From Balanoglossus misakiensis (Eukaryota > Animalia > Hemichordata), in assembly GCA_040954595.2 (NCBI GenBank), contig CM082583.2:10119656-10183655 (forward strand): 64,000 bases of DNA. The letters run 5' to 3'. How positions within the stretch are numbered: the first letter of the stretch is position 1; each line of letters begins with the position of its first letter. The notes below the pieces were generated by a model. The model saw only the letters and a program-made list of their open reading frames with translations. It did not search any database and had not been told where the DNA came from. Of this stretch, positions 61,792 to 64,000 are shown one piece after another. A program made the position numbers and the translations under genes.

Positions 61792-64000
61792 AAGATTACA
61801 CAAATATATCAAAGCGTCAATTTAAGCTGTCTCTTTAGAGAGACAAAAATAAATAGCCTTTCCATTCTGTTATGGCTGGTCCTGGAAGCTACTTAATAAC
61901 CAATCAAGTAGCGCCTCTTACTATTGCCTATAAAATGTCAAGGATACTTATCCACAATTTCTGGGGGACTGTTAAACCCTTGACGTCGACAGTGCGGGCC
62001 ACATCTCCAATGACATCCGGTACAATACGTCAGGTTTATTGCCATCAAAGTTAAGACGCATATAAGCTTTCAGAAACGGATAAGTAGATTATCACGTGAC
62101 GTGGCTGATTCATGAAATGATTCACTGTGCACTATATATTATTGATCGAAAATTGCTCGCCAACATATGCAGTTCGGAACATCTGGTAGTTTCCTCATCG
62201 ATTGTGCGTAATATATTTTCTTCTTTAATCGTTTTTCGCCCGTGGCGTTAGAATTCAGTCCGACTCGTGTTAACATAACCTGGTTTGTCGTTGCAGCTTC
62301 CATGTTTTTGTTGGGTGATGAATGTGTTAACGGTTTTAGGTTATGAAAGATTTTGGCGGGGGTTCTTCGCCACCGCAATAATTATACAGAGCAGCTCAGT
62401 TGTAGTCGCATATATTTTGCCTGTGGTGATTATATTAGCTTGCTGCTTATAACATGCTTTCCCTTCTTCGCGAGCGATTTTTGTCATGCTAATATAAAAA
62501 CTTGTGCTGCAGTTTACACGTAATTTTATTATACGTCAGAAAATCTAATTCTTATACTTTTCCTCCCGTTTAATCGAACTAACAGACGAACGCACTGCAC
62601 AGGTTGATATAATTTGCGGATCGGTCTACTTGTTTGTGGGGGTGTGAAGACTGAAAATGCTGTGTCCAAACTAGGTCATCAACCGAAGTATTGAACGTCG
62701 GCGAGGCGTGTAATTGGGCTTTTAGATTGTGCCATCGTCGACAAGTGTTGCCGTCTGCCGTCAAACTGTTCCAGCGACGGATAGAAGACAGATCTCCAGG
62801 TGTCAACGGAGAGTCTGCCATTGAAAAGAGGTGAGCGACTTTGTACCATTCAATTATCAGCATGGAAATGAAATGAAACATATTGCGCTCTGAAAGTATA
62901 TGAATGGGTGGGAAGTATGCACGCAAGGATATAGAACTGAATCAATGGTTTTGATGAAGTGAATGCTATATATCATATGTCATCAAAATATCGTCAGGGA
63001 AGTTTTATGTTTCCGTTGTTTGCCAATGATCTCAGCACATATACTCGATATATCGCCTAATGATGGATATTCCCCTGAGCGCCGAGTGAGTCATTCCCCT
63101 ATTATGCATTCTTGCTGCTCGGGTTTCTGTACGAGCTTCGCCGGCTTTACACTGCCGGTTGAGATTTCCAACACGCTGATGCAGCCGAGTTTTCGTCCGT
63201 TGACGTCCGGGGCAGTCCCGGAGGATTTTGCCCAACACGTCACGTGTGCTGCGGTTTGAACGCATGTCGAGCCTTCTGTTGAAACGGCAAGAGTGTTATT
63301 TCGGCCTCTTTCTCGATTGTTAAGGGCCTATCTGAAGTTTTCCCAGCTGAATTACATTACAAAATGTAGGTGAGTACATGTCGTCTGCTACTTAACTGCT
63401 ACGACATTCCCGCCTACAATTGCAAAGCAGCTATTTGAATTCGCCCACGTGGCCTCCAAGACGTTCAAAGATATTTCTATGGCAAATCATTGATTAGTTT
63501 AAAGGGAAAATGTTTCATTTTTTTATCGCAGGCACTTGTCTTCGATGAATATAAAGGGGTGAATGAAGAAACTGGTACAACACTTGTAACATTGAAACTT
63601 GAAAACAAATCATGTTTACTGTTTACACCAAATGGTACGAGGTACGAGGCATTTTATTTTTTACTTCAAAGTGTCTTCCAATTTTCTTCGATAATGTTTG
63701 CATTCCCTTTATTCGGCAATGTCGGGGTATAGCGTGACAAGCATATTTGGTGACGGAATGAATGAAGCCATTTACGCGTCATTTGTGTAGGTTGATGGAG
63801 TCGACCGCACTCTGGTTGAAACCAATGTATTATTTTTTGTTCCATTATTTACTGATACTCGTCTGTCGGTATTATTAATTTCCATCTTTTTTTTCTTACG
63901 CAGAGTCGAAATCCCTGAAATGCAGCGCTGGGTAAGGTAACACAAACATCTGTGAAAGATCAAGTAAAGATTTCTTATCTCCGTCTATGACATGGCAGCG

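Overview
Intron-rich animal genomic DNA, AT-rich with GT-AG introns. The gene content, the TACATGTA enrichment and the mosaic CpG depletion suggest an invertebrate deuterostome such as a hemichordate, echinoderm or amphioxus (inference). Three protein-coding genes were reconstructed by hand with consistent splice phases. (1) The 3' part of an unc-13/Munc13 synaptic-vesicle priming gene on + (146-18695, 25 exons, C1-C2B-MUN-C2C; the N-terminus lies upstream of the window). (2) A complete 29-exon, about 1952-aa type I membrane protein on - (42360-25234): signal peptide, furin-like Cys-rich repeats with six interspersed group-A SRCR domains, one EGF, four I-set Ig domains, TM and a short tail. 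I do not recognise this architecture as a named gene. (3) An intronless somatostatin/allatostatin-C-type GPCR on - (53762-52809). The most interesting observations are that each SRCR domain appears inserted inside a disulfide-closed loop of the furin-like stalk, and that unc-13 introns hold a 24-nt frame-preserving microexon with a UGC-rich acceptor plus further candidate cassette exons. Also present are MITE-like hairpin repeats, microsatellites and a CpG-poor to CpG-rich transition near 34.5-37 kb. No databases were searched.
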